Positions 23,083 to 40,314 of a stretch of 64,000 nt of DNA are shown piece by piece. The stretch is from NCBI RefSeq assembly GCF_009914755.1, contig NC_060930.1; one strand, 5' to 3'. The notes below the pieces were generated by a model, which was not told the origin of the DNA, did not search any database, and saw only the letters and a program-made list of their open reading frames with translations. The DNA is from the human T2T-CHM13v2.0 reference genome, Homo sapiens. The number at the start of each line of letters is the position of its first letter. The first letter of the stretch is position 1. The position numbers and the translations under genes were made by a program.

Positions 23083-23309
23083 TAAAGCATATGCTCTGAC
23101 TGGAATACCCTGAATTTAATCACAAAGAGAACATATGAGAGCACTGTGGAATCATGAAGACATTATATATCTATATGGACAGGTGGGCTACGTTTCTGGC
23201 AGCAGGAAACGGCCCTGTTCTGTTACAGCACTAGCCACAACACAATAAAACCAAATTATGAAGAAACACAATATCTTTTGTTAGAAATTAAATCAACTTA
23301 AAAAATTCA

Positions 23310-24830
<1,521 letters not shown>

Positions 24831-26142
24831 GATGTGTATGAATCATACTTGGAGTTTCTGTGTTTTCTTTCACAGTGGTTCCCATTTGACTAAGAATGAA
24901 ATCCTTTCAATGACCCATTAAGCCCTACATAAGCTGCAGGCCTTGCTTCCTTTCTCACTATGCATGCTCCTTCCTATGGGCCACTGCTATGGAAATGCCC
25001 TTTTCCCAGATATATGCACAGATCAATCTCTCACCCTCTGTTAGGTGAGAGATTGAGCTATGCACATATCTAAATCTCTGCTTAATTAATCTCAACTTTT
25101 CATTGAAGCCTATTCTGTCAACCCCATTTACTTCAATTGCCTCTCAGATGAGAGAATCCCCATTTGAAACTGCAACACTAATTATCTCCCCAAACCCACT
25201 CCCAATGTCTCATATTCTATTTTTTCTGTGTCATTTCTCATTTTTTAACATAGCTTATAATTTATTTATTATATAATGTCCTTCTCCTCTTCCTACAATG
25301 TAAGCTCCACAAGGGCAGAGGTTTTTGTTTGGTTCACTACTGTATCTTTAGTGCCTAGGATAGTACCTATACATGGTAGGCATTCAGGATATTTGCTCAA
25401 TGAACAAATGAATGCAAACCTTGGTATATTTCTGAATCATCACACACTTAGTCTATCAGTATGGTTCAATCTCCTGAGGAACAGATTGAATTGAAAGCAA
25501 GCAATATCCTTCAAGAAAGTGAGCTACATCAATATGTGGGGACAAGTCCATGAATTTCAAAACTATCCTGACGTTTCTGGGCATGAGGCCAAACTCAGAA
25601 CAATGTTTGTGTCCCTCCCTCCCTCCTTCCCTCCTTCCCTCTCTTCCTTCCTTTCTCTTTTTCTCTCCCTTCCTCCCTTTCTCTCTCTCTCTCTTTCTTT
25701 CTCTTGAGATGGGGTCTTGCTGTGCCTAGGCTGGTCTTCAACTCCTGGGCTCAAGCGATTCTCCTGCCTCAGCCTCCGGAGTAGCTGGGATTACAGGTGT
25801 GTACCATCAAGCCAGACTAATTTTTGTATTTTTAGTAGAGATGGGGTTTCACCATGTTGGCCAAGCTGGTCTTGAACTCCTGACCTCAAGTGATAATGCC
25901 CGCCTTGGCCTCCCAAAGTGCTGGGATTACAGGCGTGTGCCACCACGCCCGGCTGCTTTTTTTCTTTTTTTTAAGGGCTAGTCAGTGTACATTCACTTTC
26001 GAAAAAGAAATGTAACATAAACTCAGAATCTCCATCAGCAATGAAATTCAAGTCAGAATTACGATGTATCTCAAGGAGTACACCTTACTATTGCTCCAGA
26101 GTAGTTTACTGTGTTTAATGCTTTATGTTCTCATTGAAGCAA

Positions 26143-27784
<1,642 letters not shown>

Positions 27785-30700
27785 CTGCATCAATAGGAAC
27801 ATAGGCATAAAACACATTAAACTTCTCTAGGGCAATAGCAAGGTGTGTTCTTTGGGGTATATCTCAATTCTGACTTTTGAACGTCATCACCAGTAATGAT
27901 TCTGGACTTACATTATACTTCTTTTTGGGGTATTCAAAATATGAATTTTGGGGGTATAAAGTCAGGCCACAACAGCTTCCAACTTTTCTCATTTCTCTTT
28001 TGGAGAATTTAAATCACACCACCAGTTCCACCCTAAAAAACATGTTAAACTCCATTCCATTAGATATTTTATGGATGCCATTACATTGTCCTAGGCACCA
28101 AGTTTAAACAGAGATTAAAGGGAAGTCTCTGCTTTAGAAGAACTGACACTCCAGGTCCAGAAGGGAGAAACCAATAATCACAACATGTTATACGGCTCAT
28201 TCCACAGTATAATTGGAGAGGGGCTTAGTCTACCATTTTCAACAGCACATTTCTATAGCACATCTGATCCTCTGTCATTACCTGTGACAATTTTCCAGCC
28301 CTCTCCTGTTTTTTTTTTTTCCTTCCCCGATCAGCTTGGGATTACAAGGTCAATACAGTAATTTGAGCACTTTTACTTGCATCCTCAGTACTCTTGGCCC
28401 ATTATTCCTCTGCTCCTCCTGGTCAGTTTATCCCTGATTTTGGATTAATCCAGTCTCTGCTTTCTGCTCCCAAGGAGATAAGCACCACACAATACTGAAG
28501 AAATATGCTGATTTTTGTTAAAATTGGTGGTTTTCAGCCTCAGCTGATACTTTATCAATGCTAGGCAAATTTATAACTTGTCCATGGTCAGCTCCATTTT
28601 CTCCCAATCTGCAGTGTCTGATGAAAAAGCCTTATCATACTTCCTAAATTCCTCATCTTATTCTCTCCTGAAGATCACTTCGTCTGTTACTTTGCAAAGT
28701 CATGATCAGACACTATCTTCAGTTTTCATGTTGACCAATGGTCTATATTAAATCCAAGGCAATTTCCAGCAAGTTTTGCTTGGTTCTTATCCTTTTTTCT
28801 TGGCTCATTTCATTCCAGGCATCCTTGGTTTTCTACTTAGTTTCTGTTCCTAACAAATATGGCCCTTGAACTTGGCAGCAGATTCCTGCGTCCTGATTTT
28901 TGTCCCTTGGCACAAATTATTCTCTAGGATTTGAATAAACCTGGAATGTCCTAATCCTGAAAGGCCACAGGGTTCAACTCTTGGACTTTTTTCTCTATTG
29001 GTGATCTCATCTAATCTTATGGCTTTAAATATGCCTTCCATATGTTAACTCCCAATTTTATTTTAGTCAGACCTCTCCTCTGAACTGTGGACCTCTATAT
29101 CTAACTGCCTACTCAAAAATCCCAATTTGAATAACATGTGCTATTTAAACTTAACATGTTCAAAATCAAGCCAACAATAGAATATTTTTGGGAGTGATGG
29201 ATATAGTCATTATCTTGATTATGTTGATGGTTTCATGAGTATATTCCTATGAAAAACCCATCAAATTGTATACTTTTTAAATGTACACATTTTTGTACAT
29301 CAGTTATATTCACTACAGGAGGCAAGGACAAAAGTTTCCTGATCTCAGTGAAGTAATGCATATTTGTAAATTATTGCCTTCAAATGATACATTTTTTGCA
29401 TATTCTGAAGTGCCTTTTCCATTGCTCTTTTGAAGTGAACTATAATAAATGAAGTAACAAGAAAGATAAAGTTCTCAAATAGGTTGGACTGGACTGTACT
29501 TGATTTGGGATTCTGATTAAACCCTCATTAACTCTGACAAACTCAGCTATATGGCATGCTGAGACCTCAGCAGTGGAATAGTAGTACCAGGAGGAGACCA
29601 GGACTCATGAGAGTAAGACAAGGAGTCTGGTTCTCATACTGAAAATGTATCCTCTTCTGCCCCAAGATGCTCTCTACAAGATGTTACTCTACAGGATGGA
29701 GTAAGATCAGAGGCAGTGGCAATATTCAGACAGTTAAGTCATGTATACTAATATATACCTATAACTAAGTACTATAAGTATTGTTTGGATCCAGAACCAA
29801 GCTTTTGAAAAGGCAGGAAGGAGGGTCCCACTCCTATTAAAGGACTGGCAAAAGATAAGCAGGTTATTCTAGTAGGCTGATTCAAACAAAGGCTCTAATC
29901 CCAACTGGGGAACTGTTAGAAAAACCATGAAAACAGCTGAAAGCTCTTTCATATACACAGGGCAGTGAGGATTGATGTTAGTTCACAGGACACTTGACTG
30001 GGGAGCCAAGCACAGTGGATATTGGGTTTCTGGCAATAGAACTAATTTTAGAAAGCACCAAATGGTAGGTTTGAGCTTACTGTATTTTAAGATTACCTGG
30101 AAGCCTGGTGTAAGGCAGAGGAAAAATTCCTGTTGGCTGAAGTCACTAAAGTCAGACACGTAAATTATCTTTCAACTTCTGAAACCAATCAGAATCAAGC
30201 ATATCCCAGTCTATTATAGTCAAGCTCCTTAAGGATTTTTTTTTTTTTTAGCCTGGTCTGTTGCCCAGGATAGAAGACAGAGGTGCAATCATGGCTGATT
30301 GTAGCTTCAACCTCCTAGGTTCAAGTGATCCTCCTATCTCAGCCTCCCGAGTAGCTGGAACAAGCGCATGTTACCACACCCAGTTTTACTTATTTATAGA
30401 GATGACAACTTGCTGTTTCCAGGCTGGTCTCTTCCTGGGCTCAAGCAGAGTGCTGGGATTACAGGCATGAGTCACTGCACCTGGTCCCAAGCAGCAGCTA
30501 TGCTCTGGAGGGTAAACTTAGGAAACTGATCTTAACCAATATCGCCTGAGATTTTAGGAGGCTATGACAGACTAACAGCCTCCTGTGTGATTAGAAATTG
30601 CCATCAAGGAGTCAGTAATTGAAACTGAACTTTCAAGTTCAATTCCATTCAAATTAAACCTTTTTGGATCTGACTCTCATTACAGGAATAGTCTTACATT

Positions 30701-31856
30701 TGTAACTTCCTTGCTCAAGAATCTTAAGGGTATTTATAACATCAGTTTTCTGTCCTACACCTATCCACCCTGTTGGTACCCAAATCCTCAATATTTGTCT
30801 CAGACTCTGAACCATACTGTCTTTGCTCAGTTATTTCTTAGGCCTATTGTCCCAACATCTGTGCTGGTTTAGACTCAAATCCACTTGTTCTATTTTCAAG
30901 AATCCTTCATAGCTTGACTTTTCCTTGGCATCTTGTGCCACTGTTGACAAAACGGTTTTATTTCAGGAGTCTTGGCAGAGCCTAGCACAAGCCAGTGCAT
31001 ATAAATGTGGAGTACTAATTTCGATAGATAATGTGACATATTAAAAAATCTATTGGGAGGCAAGGGAGGTAGAAGGAGCTACAGGAAAAGCGGTCAGAGG
31101 GCTCCAAAGCAACCAGTCTATTTCACAACTTTGTCTTGTTTGCCAGCTTTAACAAAACGGTAATGGCACTCTTCCTTGAAAACTGGAATCTCAATAGTCT
31201 TTTACCACATACTGTATAACAGTGCCTGGCCCTATTCTAGGCACTCTTGAACTAATGAAACACAGATCTTAAAATTTTATGCAGAAGTTGTGGGAGGGGG
31301 AGAAAGACAATGATTAACAGAGTTTTAAGTACGGTAGGTAAGGGCATCAGAGATCAAGGGTATAAACATAAACACAAGCAATGCTTTCAACTGCCATCTT
31401 ACACACACTACCTTCATAGTGAAGGTACATTTTCTATCTCCAAACGTTACATGCCTAAGGCTTCTCTCTCATTTTATTTGGTAGTATCAGATAGCATTAT
31501 GTAACCCATCCTGCCAAATGACCTCTTCCTAGATTTTAGCAAGCCTGAATGTCTTTACCAGATTGTTTTATCAGTAACCTTCCCTCATGACCATACTTAA
31601 TAAACTGCTATTATTATTCTATTGTGCTCCTTATTTTCTGTATCTCATTCCCCCATTTCTCAACTTAAGCATCCAGGCTTTCAAAATTATAGTTACATCA
31701 AAACTAAATATTCCATGATTTGCTTAGTAACAATTACTTCTAATTCCTGTCTCTCCACTCTTACACTGATCCAAAAACCCTTACATTGTACCCTGCACAA
31801 ACCCGAAACATTCACTCACAGTAATTTGATTACAAGGCTGGTTAGTGGATTTTCCA

Positions 31857-31937
31857 TTTAATGCTCCCCATGTTATTTCAGGACCTATTTAAAAGTAATA
31901 ACAAAAAGGAACATAATCCAAAATTACATGTTTTATT
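31857..31937 (-). terminator. Tandem polyadenylation signals of SNHG5 (AATAAA 31932-31937, ATTAAA 31857-31862)
   Basis: Both hexamers lie on the minus strand within the last exon. Confidence 0.7.
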
Positions 31938-32128
31938 TTCATGTTTGTAAAACGAAGAGCTTTTTTCTGGATGGTTTTCTTATCAGCTTTTCACACAACA
32001 GTCAAGTAAACCTCGTGGCACTAGCCCTAGAAAAGGAAAAACACGAGATTCTTACAAGACTACAAACATTACAACATATGTAAAAGCATTAAAAGTATTA
32101 AAAAAAAATATTGTCCTTATAACGGTCC

Positions 32129-32203
32129 ATCTCAGAAGCCAGATCCGTAAAAGTTTTTTTTTTTCAACAGAAGTTCAGGTTCGGGATAAGATCATCACAG
32201 ATA
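32129..32203 (-). ncRNA. SNORD50A: Box C/D snoRNA U50A; guides 2'-O-methylation of 28S rRNA (Cm2848 and Gm2863, old numbering)
   Basis: Minus strand TATCT-GTGATGA (C box)-TCTTATCCCGAAC-CTGA (D')...A11-CTTTTACGGATCTGGCTT-CTGA (D)-GAT. Both guides are complementary to the conserved LSU rRNA segment AAGCCGGAUCCGUAACUUCGGGAUAAG, and the D+5 rule gives a C and a G 15 nt apart. Flanking GGTC/GACC stem. Confidence 0.97.
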
Positions 32204-32423
32204 AGACCAAGGACACAATATTCACTGATCTCTAAGCAAACAGAAAAACTCCACTTACAGAAATCGTTGCAACTTTGGAACTTCCAAGACAATCTGGCCT
32301 CTATCAATGGGCAGACAGCGACCCTCACTGTTGGCAGAAAAAAAAAAAACCCAGGATTTTATAACACAACTGTTATAAAATCACGGCAACAAAATTTACT
32401 CCACCTCTGAATTACTGGTCTTA

Positions 32424-32494
32424 ATCTCAGAAGCCGAATCCGTACTTATTTTTCTTCAGGTTATCAGCTTCGGGATAGGTTTCATCATTGATTA
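32424..32494 (-). ncRNA. SNORD50B: Box C/D snoRNA U50B, paralog of U50A
   Basis: Minus strand TAATCA-ATGATGA (C)-AACCTATCCCGAAG-CTGA (D')...GTACGGATTCGGCTT-CTGA (D)-GAT. Same two rRNA guides as U50A, GGTC/GACC terminal stem, located in intron 4. Confidence 0.96.
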
Positions 32495-33099
32495 GACCAA
32501 TCAGACCTTGTATATGTACACATAATACATTAAACTGCACTTCTGTGACACTGACTACAAACCAAGGTAATGCTAAAAGGCAAGTATTATAGTACAAATA
32601 CTACAGAACTTTTAAGCCATACAACCTACTTCAAAATGAAGCTGCTAGTCAGTCACATTCGACATTCATTATCTTCACTGGCTACTCGTCCACACTCAGA
32701 ACGCTGTTCACTGACAAAAAAAATTTGATTTAGTCTAGGTGTGGATTAAATGCTATGCTCAATCATAAAGTACTAAAACAACACATACCTGTTAAAAGTG
32801 TCAGGTTTTAACCAAGCGATTTTCCATTAAATATTCTCCCAGATGTTCTGGAAGTTTTTTCGTGTATCTAACAAAAAAAAGTAAATTTCAAACGATGCAA
32901 CAGTTCCTATTCCTGTAAATCAACAGGTTTACTCCTTTAGTTTGGAAACTAAGCTTAACTAAGCTCTTACCTTTGCATCTTCAGAGCTGCTCCACTGTGC
33001 CACTGAAGACAGCGCCATTGTTCCTGCGGGAAATCGGTATTTAAGCATTCTCGCAGAAATGTCACACTCCAAGGCGTTTTTCCACACAAAACCCTTCCC

Positions 33100-34280
33100 C
33101 TTCATTAATCCGAATTGCACACAACGCCGCCTTCGAACAGCTCAGTTTCAATACAGGGTCGAGGCTTCCCATTTTAAAACAACGCCGACGGAAGGCCTTC
33201 GCCATTTTAGTAAAGGCCCTTTGCTGTTAAAACTAACCCTCCGCCCCAATTAAGGTGGTTTTTCCGCCGCCGCTCAGGCACATGCCGGAGGCCAGCAAGT
33301 TCGGCGCCCGTGGCCGATCAGCGGTTCCTCACGCCAAAACTCGGAGCCTGTGGCCGTCACGACTCAACCTCAGTACATGTGGCAGTCCGGCCGCACGTTT
33401 CCCACGTGCAAGCTTTCAACTCTCAGCACTCTAAACTCTTCACTAAGATGTCTTCACAGGATTAAAGCTCTTAACTCGGCCTGCGCCACCATCTTTTGCT
33501 CGGATACTAGCCCGCAATACCCACTCACCTACCACCCGCCCAGACGCTCGCGAAGGCCGACGTAAAAGACCGAAGTGCGCAGCCAGTAGCTCCTTATATA
33601 GCCTCCCGGAGTCAGAACGAGGCCGTCCCGCCCTCTCGCACCTATTGGACATGGAAGTAGACAGGGGTGTGGTCGCGAATTAGCGGGAGCGCGCGCGGTG
33701 GCTCTTCTGAGGCCCGTTCCGCGTTGTGGAGCGCGCCGCAGGCCGGCCGCGCGCCCGGCCATTTCCCGGCGCGCGCCCGCAGGCGCACTGCGAAGCGTCT
33801 CTTACGAGTCTGGCGGCCGACTTGGCCCTACGTGGCGCGGGTGTGGCGCCAGAATTCAAACAGCTGCAGTTGGAAACGACGCTTTCGCCTGCCACGAGCC
33901 AAGTCCGTCCAGGACAGATTGGGTCCGAGAGTGGACACAAGTTTTGCAGCGCAGGGCGGCCTCAGCTTAGGACCGATTCGAGAAGCTGGGCTGGCTGGCT
34001 GGCTGGCGCTGGGCTGTAGTGGGCCCCCAGCGGAGGCCGCCGGAGGAGCGGGCGAGCCCTGGCCGCAGCACTCCGGGAAAGGGCAGTTGGCTGGCAGAAA
34101 CGCTTGGGTGAAAAAGCGGAAAGCGCCACGTGAGAACAGCCCCGGCGTGCGGCCCTGCAGGGCCTCAGGGCGGGCATCAAGGCCCCATGGGGATCCATTC
34201 CTCCTCACGCTTCCTCGTGCCAGGCATCCGGTTACACTAAACGTGACCATACAAGTCTCCCTCAAACAGCGAACGTGAGG
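33100..34280. promoter_or_regulatory. CpG island spanning SNHG5 exon 1/intron 1 and upstream, with E-boxes CACGTG (33403-33408, 34127-34132), YY1-like CGCCATTTT (33200-33208) and NRF1-like CGCAGGCGCA (~33778-33787)
   Basis: The only extended CpG-rich, repeat-free segment in the window. Motifs are seen directly; factor binding is inferred. Confidence 0.85.
33564..33650 (-). promoter_or_regulatory. SNHG5 core promoter: TCT/5'TOP initiator (C at 33568), TATA box 33593-33600, GC box 33627-33633, CCAAT box 33644-33648
   Basis: Motifs read directly, in canonical order and spacing (CCAAT about -78, GC about -62, TATA about -32) for minus-strand transcription. Confidence 0.85.
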
Positions 34281-35559
34281 TTCAATACTCCATTTCGCAG
34301 AGGAGAAAACTGAGGCTTAAAACAGCCAGGTAATTTGCCTAAGGTCACACAGCTGAAATGCTTTGCTAATTTTTAACTTCTTTGTACTCAATTAGTTATA
34401 TTGAAAACGAGAGAAAGATTAATTTGAGAAGTATCCCTGAATACTTTATCCAGACGACAAACACAAAATTCAAAAGCAGTGCTTTGATTAATTAGCATGT
34501 TCGAGTGAATATGTCTGCGTGTGTGTGTGTGCACACGACATTTGAACATTTCAGTATTTGAAAATTCAGGTCGTTCTTCACTTCTATATTTCAAAGCACT
34601 ACTTATTAAAGTTGTTTATGTGTGCATTTGATTACGGTCCGATTCTGCTAGAGTGTGGGAGCAACACATCTGATTTCGTGCTCTGCTGTTTATTTTTTCT
34701 TAGAACAGTGCCTAGCATTAAGTAGGTTGTCGGTAATGGTTAAATGAATGAATGAATGAACAAATACATTCGGTGGCTTTTTAGAAAATTAGAATGAAGA
34801 TCAAACTTCACATTCAAAGATAGTAGTGAAAAGCACTTTTCTCTAACAGGAACCTATATGATGAAGTATTGACTGGGCCGGGCATTTTGTCGGTTTTTGT
34901 ATTACTTTGTAATGTCTTACATAAATTTGCATATTGCTCATAGTAAATAGTAAAACAAACAATACAGTACAAAAGGATATAAGAAGCAAAGTAGGCCGGG
35001 TGTGGTGGCTTATGTCTGTAATTAGAGCACTTTTGGAGGCTGAGGTGGGAGGATTGAGCCCAAGACCCTGTCTCTATTGTATTAAAAAAATTTTTAAAAA
35101 GAGTTAACAAAAAAAGCAAAGTGAAAGTATCTTTCCACATGCCTGGGAATCTTCTCCCTAGTTGTACTCTTCAGCAATACCACTGTTAACAGTTTTTGAG
35201 ACTTCCTATGCAAATGCAAATATATGTACTTCGTTTTTCACATACAAATGGGATCTATATGTTCTGCAACTTGTTTGTCCGTCTTGTAAATATCATAAAC
35301 ATCTTTCCATATCAGTACATATAGATGACTTTTTTTTTCCAGACAAGGTCTCACTTTGTGACCCAGGCTGGAGTGCAGTGGCTCTATCTCTGTTCACTGC
35401 AATCTCGGGATCAAGTGATCCTTCTGCCTCAGCCCACCAACCATGTGGGACTACAAGCACGCGCCATCACGCCCTGTAATTTTTCTGTATTTTTCGTAGA
35501 GATAGAGTTTCTGCCATTCTGAAGACCACAAACATCACCTGGTCAAAAGCCATATAAAA

Positions 35560-37190
<1,631 letters not shown>

Positions 37191-37237
37191 GTAAGAGAGG
37201 TACTACATATGTGATATACAGTCCAATCCTTTTTTAA

Positions 37238-37411
<174 letters not shown>

Positions 37412-40296
37412 TGACCAATTTTTTTTTTTTTTGGTTGAAACAGGGTCTTGCTCTGTTGACCAGGCTGGTCTCAAACTCCTGGCCTCAAGCAATCCTTCCA
37501 CCTGGACCTCCCAAAGTGTTGGGATTACAGACATGGGCCATCTTGCTGAGCCCCGAATTACTTTTGATTCAAAAACTAATAACTGTAACAAGGGCAATGC
37601 AAAAATGAAATTAACTCAGAGCCTGATAATTGACAACAGTGCCTTCCTGTGAACGTGGTCAATGACTATAAAGTCAGTACACAACTCCTTTAAGATGTTT
37701 ATCTCTTCAGGAAACAAAGATGAACTGAGGGATGAAGCCATCAGTTATTGCTCCCATACCTAAAACAGTCAAGCGAATTACTACCAAATATTTGAAGTGG
37801 CTTAATAAATATCAATACTGAAATTAAAAGTGTCTTGGAAGTCTTCATTATACTGAAAATAAATTCTTATATTCTATAACAAACTTCCTGATAAGATAAT
37901 CACTTCAGTCATTTTTTTGAAGAAATGTTCACTGAACCCCTGGTGCATGCACTGTGCTTCAGATAAATCTAATGTGAATATACAAAAATCAACCTTGAAG
38001 GAATTTGTAGTTTAGTAAAAAGTAAAAGTGTCCACCCAACTTTTTACAAAGTTTAGAAATGAGATATTGTGAGGGACACCATTATAATTTTGACCATGAA
38101 AATGCAAGGTAGGGAAGGGTACAACATATGGTGAGCACTTGTTATATGCTGTTAGGTTCTTGTATGTGTTAGATCATGTACTCTTCAAGACAATTCTGGT
38201 GTGTATTTTTAACTTTATATTAGAAATGAGCAAAGTGAGGCATGGAGATCTCAGTTAACTAATGTTCCCAAGTGTTTCTGACCTTAAATGCATAATCATG
38301 TCACCACGGCATTATGTAGCTGTGCTGAAGTAAGAAATGAAGGATGTGATGATGAGAGGAAGAGAGAAGAGAGGAGTGAAGAAGAGAGGAGAAGAGAGGA
38401 AGTGGAGTGGAGCCCAGGTGGCTTAGAGAATGGCAGCTAGTTACTGGTTTGGGAGCAAGGAAAATAAGATAATTCCATTTTGGTTGTGTTAATTTTTGGG
38501 TGGAACATTGGTTGGTTATGGTTGTCCAATGGACCATCAGAAATGTGGACCTGAAGGCAGAGAAGAATCAGCACTAGAGGAGGACCATTGGCAAACACTA
38601 ATGTAGAAGGGATGATTGAAGCTATGTGAACAGATGAGTGTGGAGAGAAAAGGAAAAAAGAGCCAATAGTGGTGGCCTAGAATTAGAATTAGTACTATAG
38701 TGTGTGCAAGTAGCTTACAGTAGACAGCCTTAAAAAGATAGTCAATATAAAGATCTGGTTACAAAATTATAAGAAAAAAGTACACAAAGATTTTGGTTAA
38801 ATCATGGGAGAAACATGTATAAGAAGTTAAGTATTGCAGGCATAATTACCTTATTCCAAAACAGAAAAATAGCCTTAAAAAAGAATTAACAAATTATATG
38901 ACAATTGAGAAACAAAGGAATTGTATCTCTTAGTCTAATATTCTTTTTAAATTTTTCCCCAATATCTGATCTGGCCAGTAAATTCTAGGTTCCATGGTAG
39001 GACAGCCAACTGTAAATCTTACGAATACTCCAAGAAATAGTAAAGTTAAAGAGTTAAATTAGGGAAAATATCTTGTGTATGTGGAAACATTAAGGAGGCA
39101 GGTTGGTTCTTGAGTCTGAAGTTCAGAAGAGAGGTCAGGGCTTGAGTGTCATTGGCATGAATAAGGAATTTAAAGCCTGACATGAGTGAGATCATCAGAG
39201 AAAATATAAATACAGAAGAGGAAGAAGCCCAGGACAGGACACTGAAACACTGCAAAGTTTAGAGTTCTAGTAGAAAAGGAAGAGCAAACAAAGGAGACGC
39301 CTTGGGAAAACTGGAGAATATGATACCTCACAAATGAAGTAAAAAATTTTAGGAAGAGGTAGGTGAATTGGGTTCAATGTTTCTGAAAGATCAAGTAAGA
39401 ACAGAAATGACCACTGGATTTGGCAACATGAAGATCACTGGTGATCTTGTAAACACAGTCTCAGTGGAATCATGATGATGGAAGTCTACTTGAAGAGATT
39501 GAGGTAAGAAGGCAGAAATAGGTCACTAGGTAGAGAGGGATGTAAGGACAAGGCACTCCTTTGTAAATAGGAAATACTAGAGTATATATGTTCATGGGAG
39601 TTATTTAATAGAGGGACAGTATTTATGATGCAGGACAAAGAGGCAAAAGTTATAGGAGCCAAGCCCTTGAGAAGCCAAGAGGAGATCCTTTCCAGAATAC
39701 AAATGGAGATCTTTGATTGGAATAGGGACACTTCATCTGTTTCATTTGTTGAAAGAGAAGGCAGGTATTGGGAAAGGCTATCATGTGCAGCCTGTCCACC
39801 CATGCATGGCCACATGAGTGTGCCTTGTGACATGGGCCTAGAAGACTTTTTTTCGTTGAGATAAGGAGTCCTTACATCCTGAGTTGGACATGTCACCTTA
39901 TTTGGTAGTATCTTTCCATGTTCCGGGCTTGATGTGTACTTCTTTGTTCTTTGTTCTGCTTAAAGTATGTGCAGCACACAGCACCTGGCCAATCCCAGTA
40001 CTATTACCTATTCCTAGTTGGAAAGGAAGGGGTTTCTTTGCCCACAGCCCAGGTAGGATGCATAGAGACCATTATGCTGTGTCAGCTGCCTGGCAAGACC
40101 CACTGCGGGGTACCATACTCAAATCGAAGCTAATCTTGCTCTGTCTCTTCTCTATGTGAGTAAAGTGTTGTTCTATCCAGTACCTCTGTGAATTGTCTTT
40201 CCTGGTGATCCTGTCACCTGCAAACCATGCAGTGGGATGACATCCTCGGACTGCTCCTCCTTACGGTAGACAACAGGTGTTACTTGCTCGACAATT

Positions 40297-40314
40297 TGGC
40301 ACAGCAAGCAGGGT
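40297..40314 (+). promoter_or_regulatory. Retroviral primer binding site, tRNA-Ser type
   Basis: TGGCACAGCAAGCAGGGT, 3 nt after the LTR end. It differs from the recalled tRNA-Ser(TGA) 3' complement TGGCGCAGCGAGCAGGGT by two CpG-type transitions. Confidence 0.75.

Larger units (their letters stand above)
31842..33568 (-). ncRNA. SNHG5: Small nucleolar RNA host gene 5 (U50HG), six-exon 5'TOP lncRNA. Exons: 33529-33568, 32971-33023, 32789-32867, 32630-32710, 32259-32327, ~31842-32026
   Basis: Starts with CTTTT about 32 nt downstream of the first base of a TATATAAG box. Donors GTGAGT, GTAAGA, GTATGT, GTAGGT and GTAAGT and pyrimidine-tract/YAG acceptors are read directly on the minus strand. The last two introns each hold a C/D snoRNA about 96-100 nt upstream of the acceptor. 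Poly(A) signals AATAAA (31932-31937) and ATTAAA (31857-31862); the 3' end is approximate. Confidence 0.95.

Noticed and set aside
30627-30642. TGAACT-N4-AGTTCA everted repeat resembling a nuclear receptor element
   Set aside because: A single short palindrome of this size is expected by chance in 64 kb; no supporting context.
32711-33528. Additional snoRNAs in SNHG5 introns 1-3
   Set aside because: I found no RUGAUGA/CUGA pair with a terminal stem; introns 2 and 3 are only about 100 and 78 nt.
33667-34278. 203-aa ORF and overlapping ORFs in the CpG island
   Set aside because: GTG start, Arg/Ala/Gly/Pro-biased composition, no recognisable domain, and overlapping ORFs in several frames on both strands, as expected from stop-codon depletion in GC-rich DNA.
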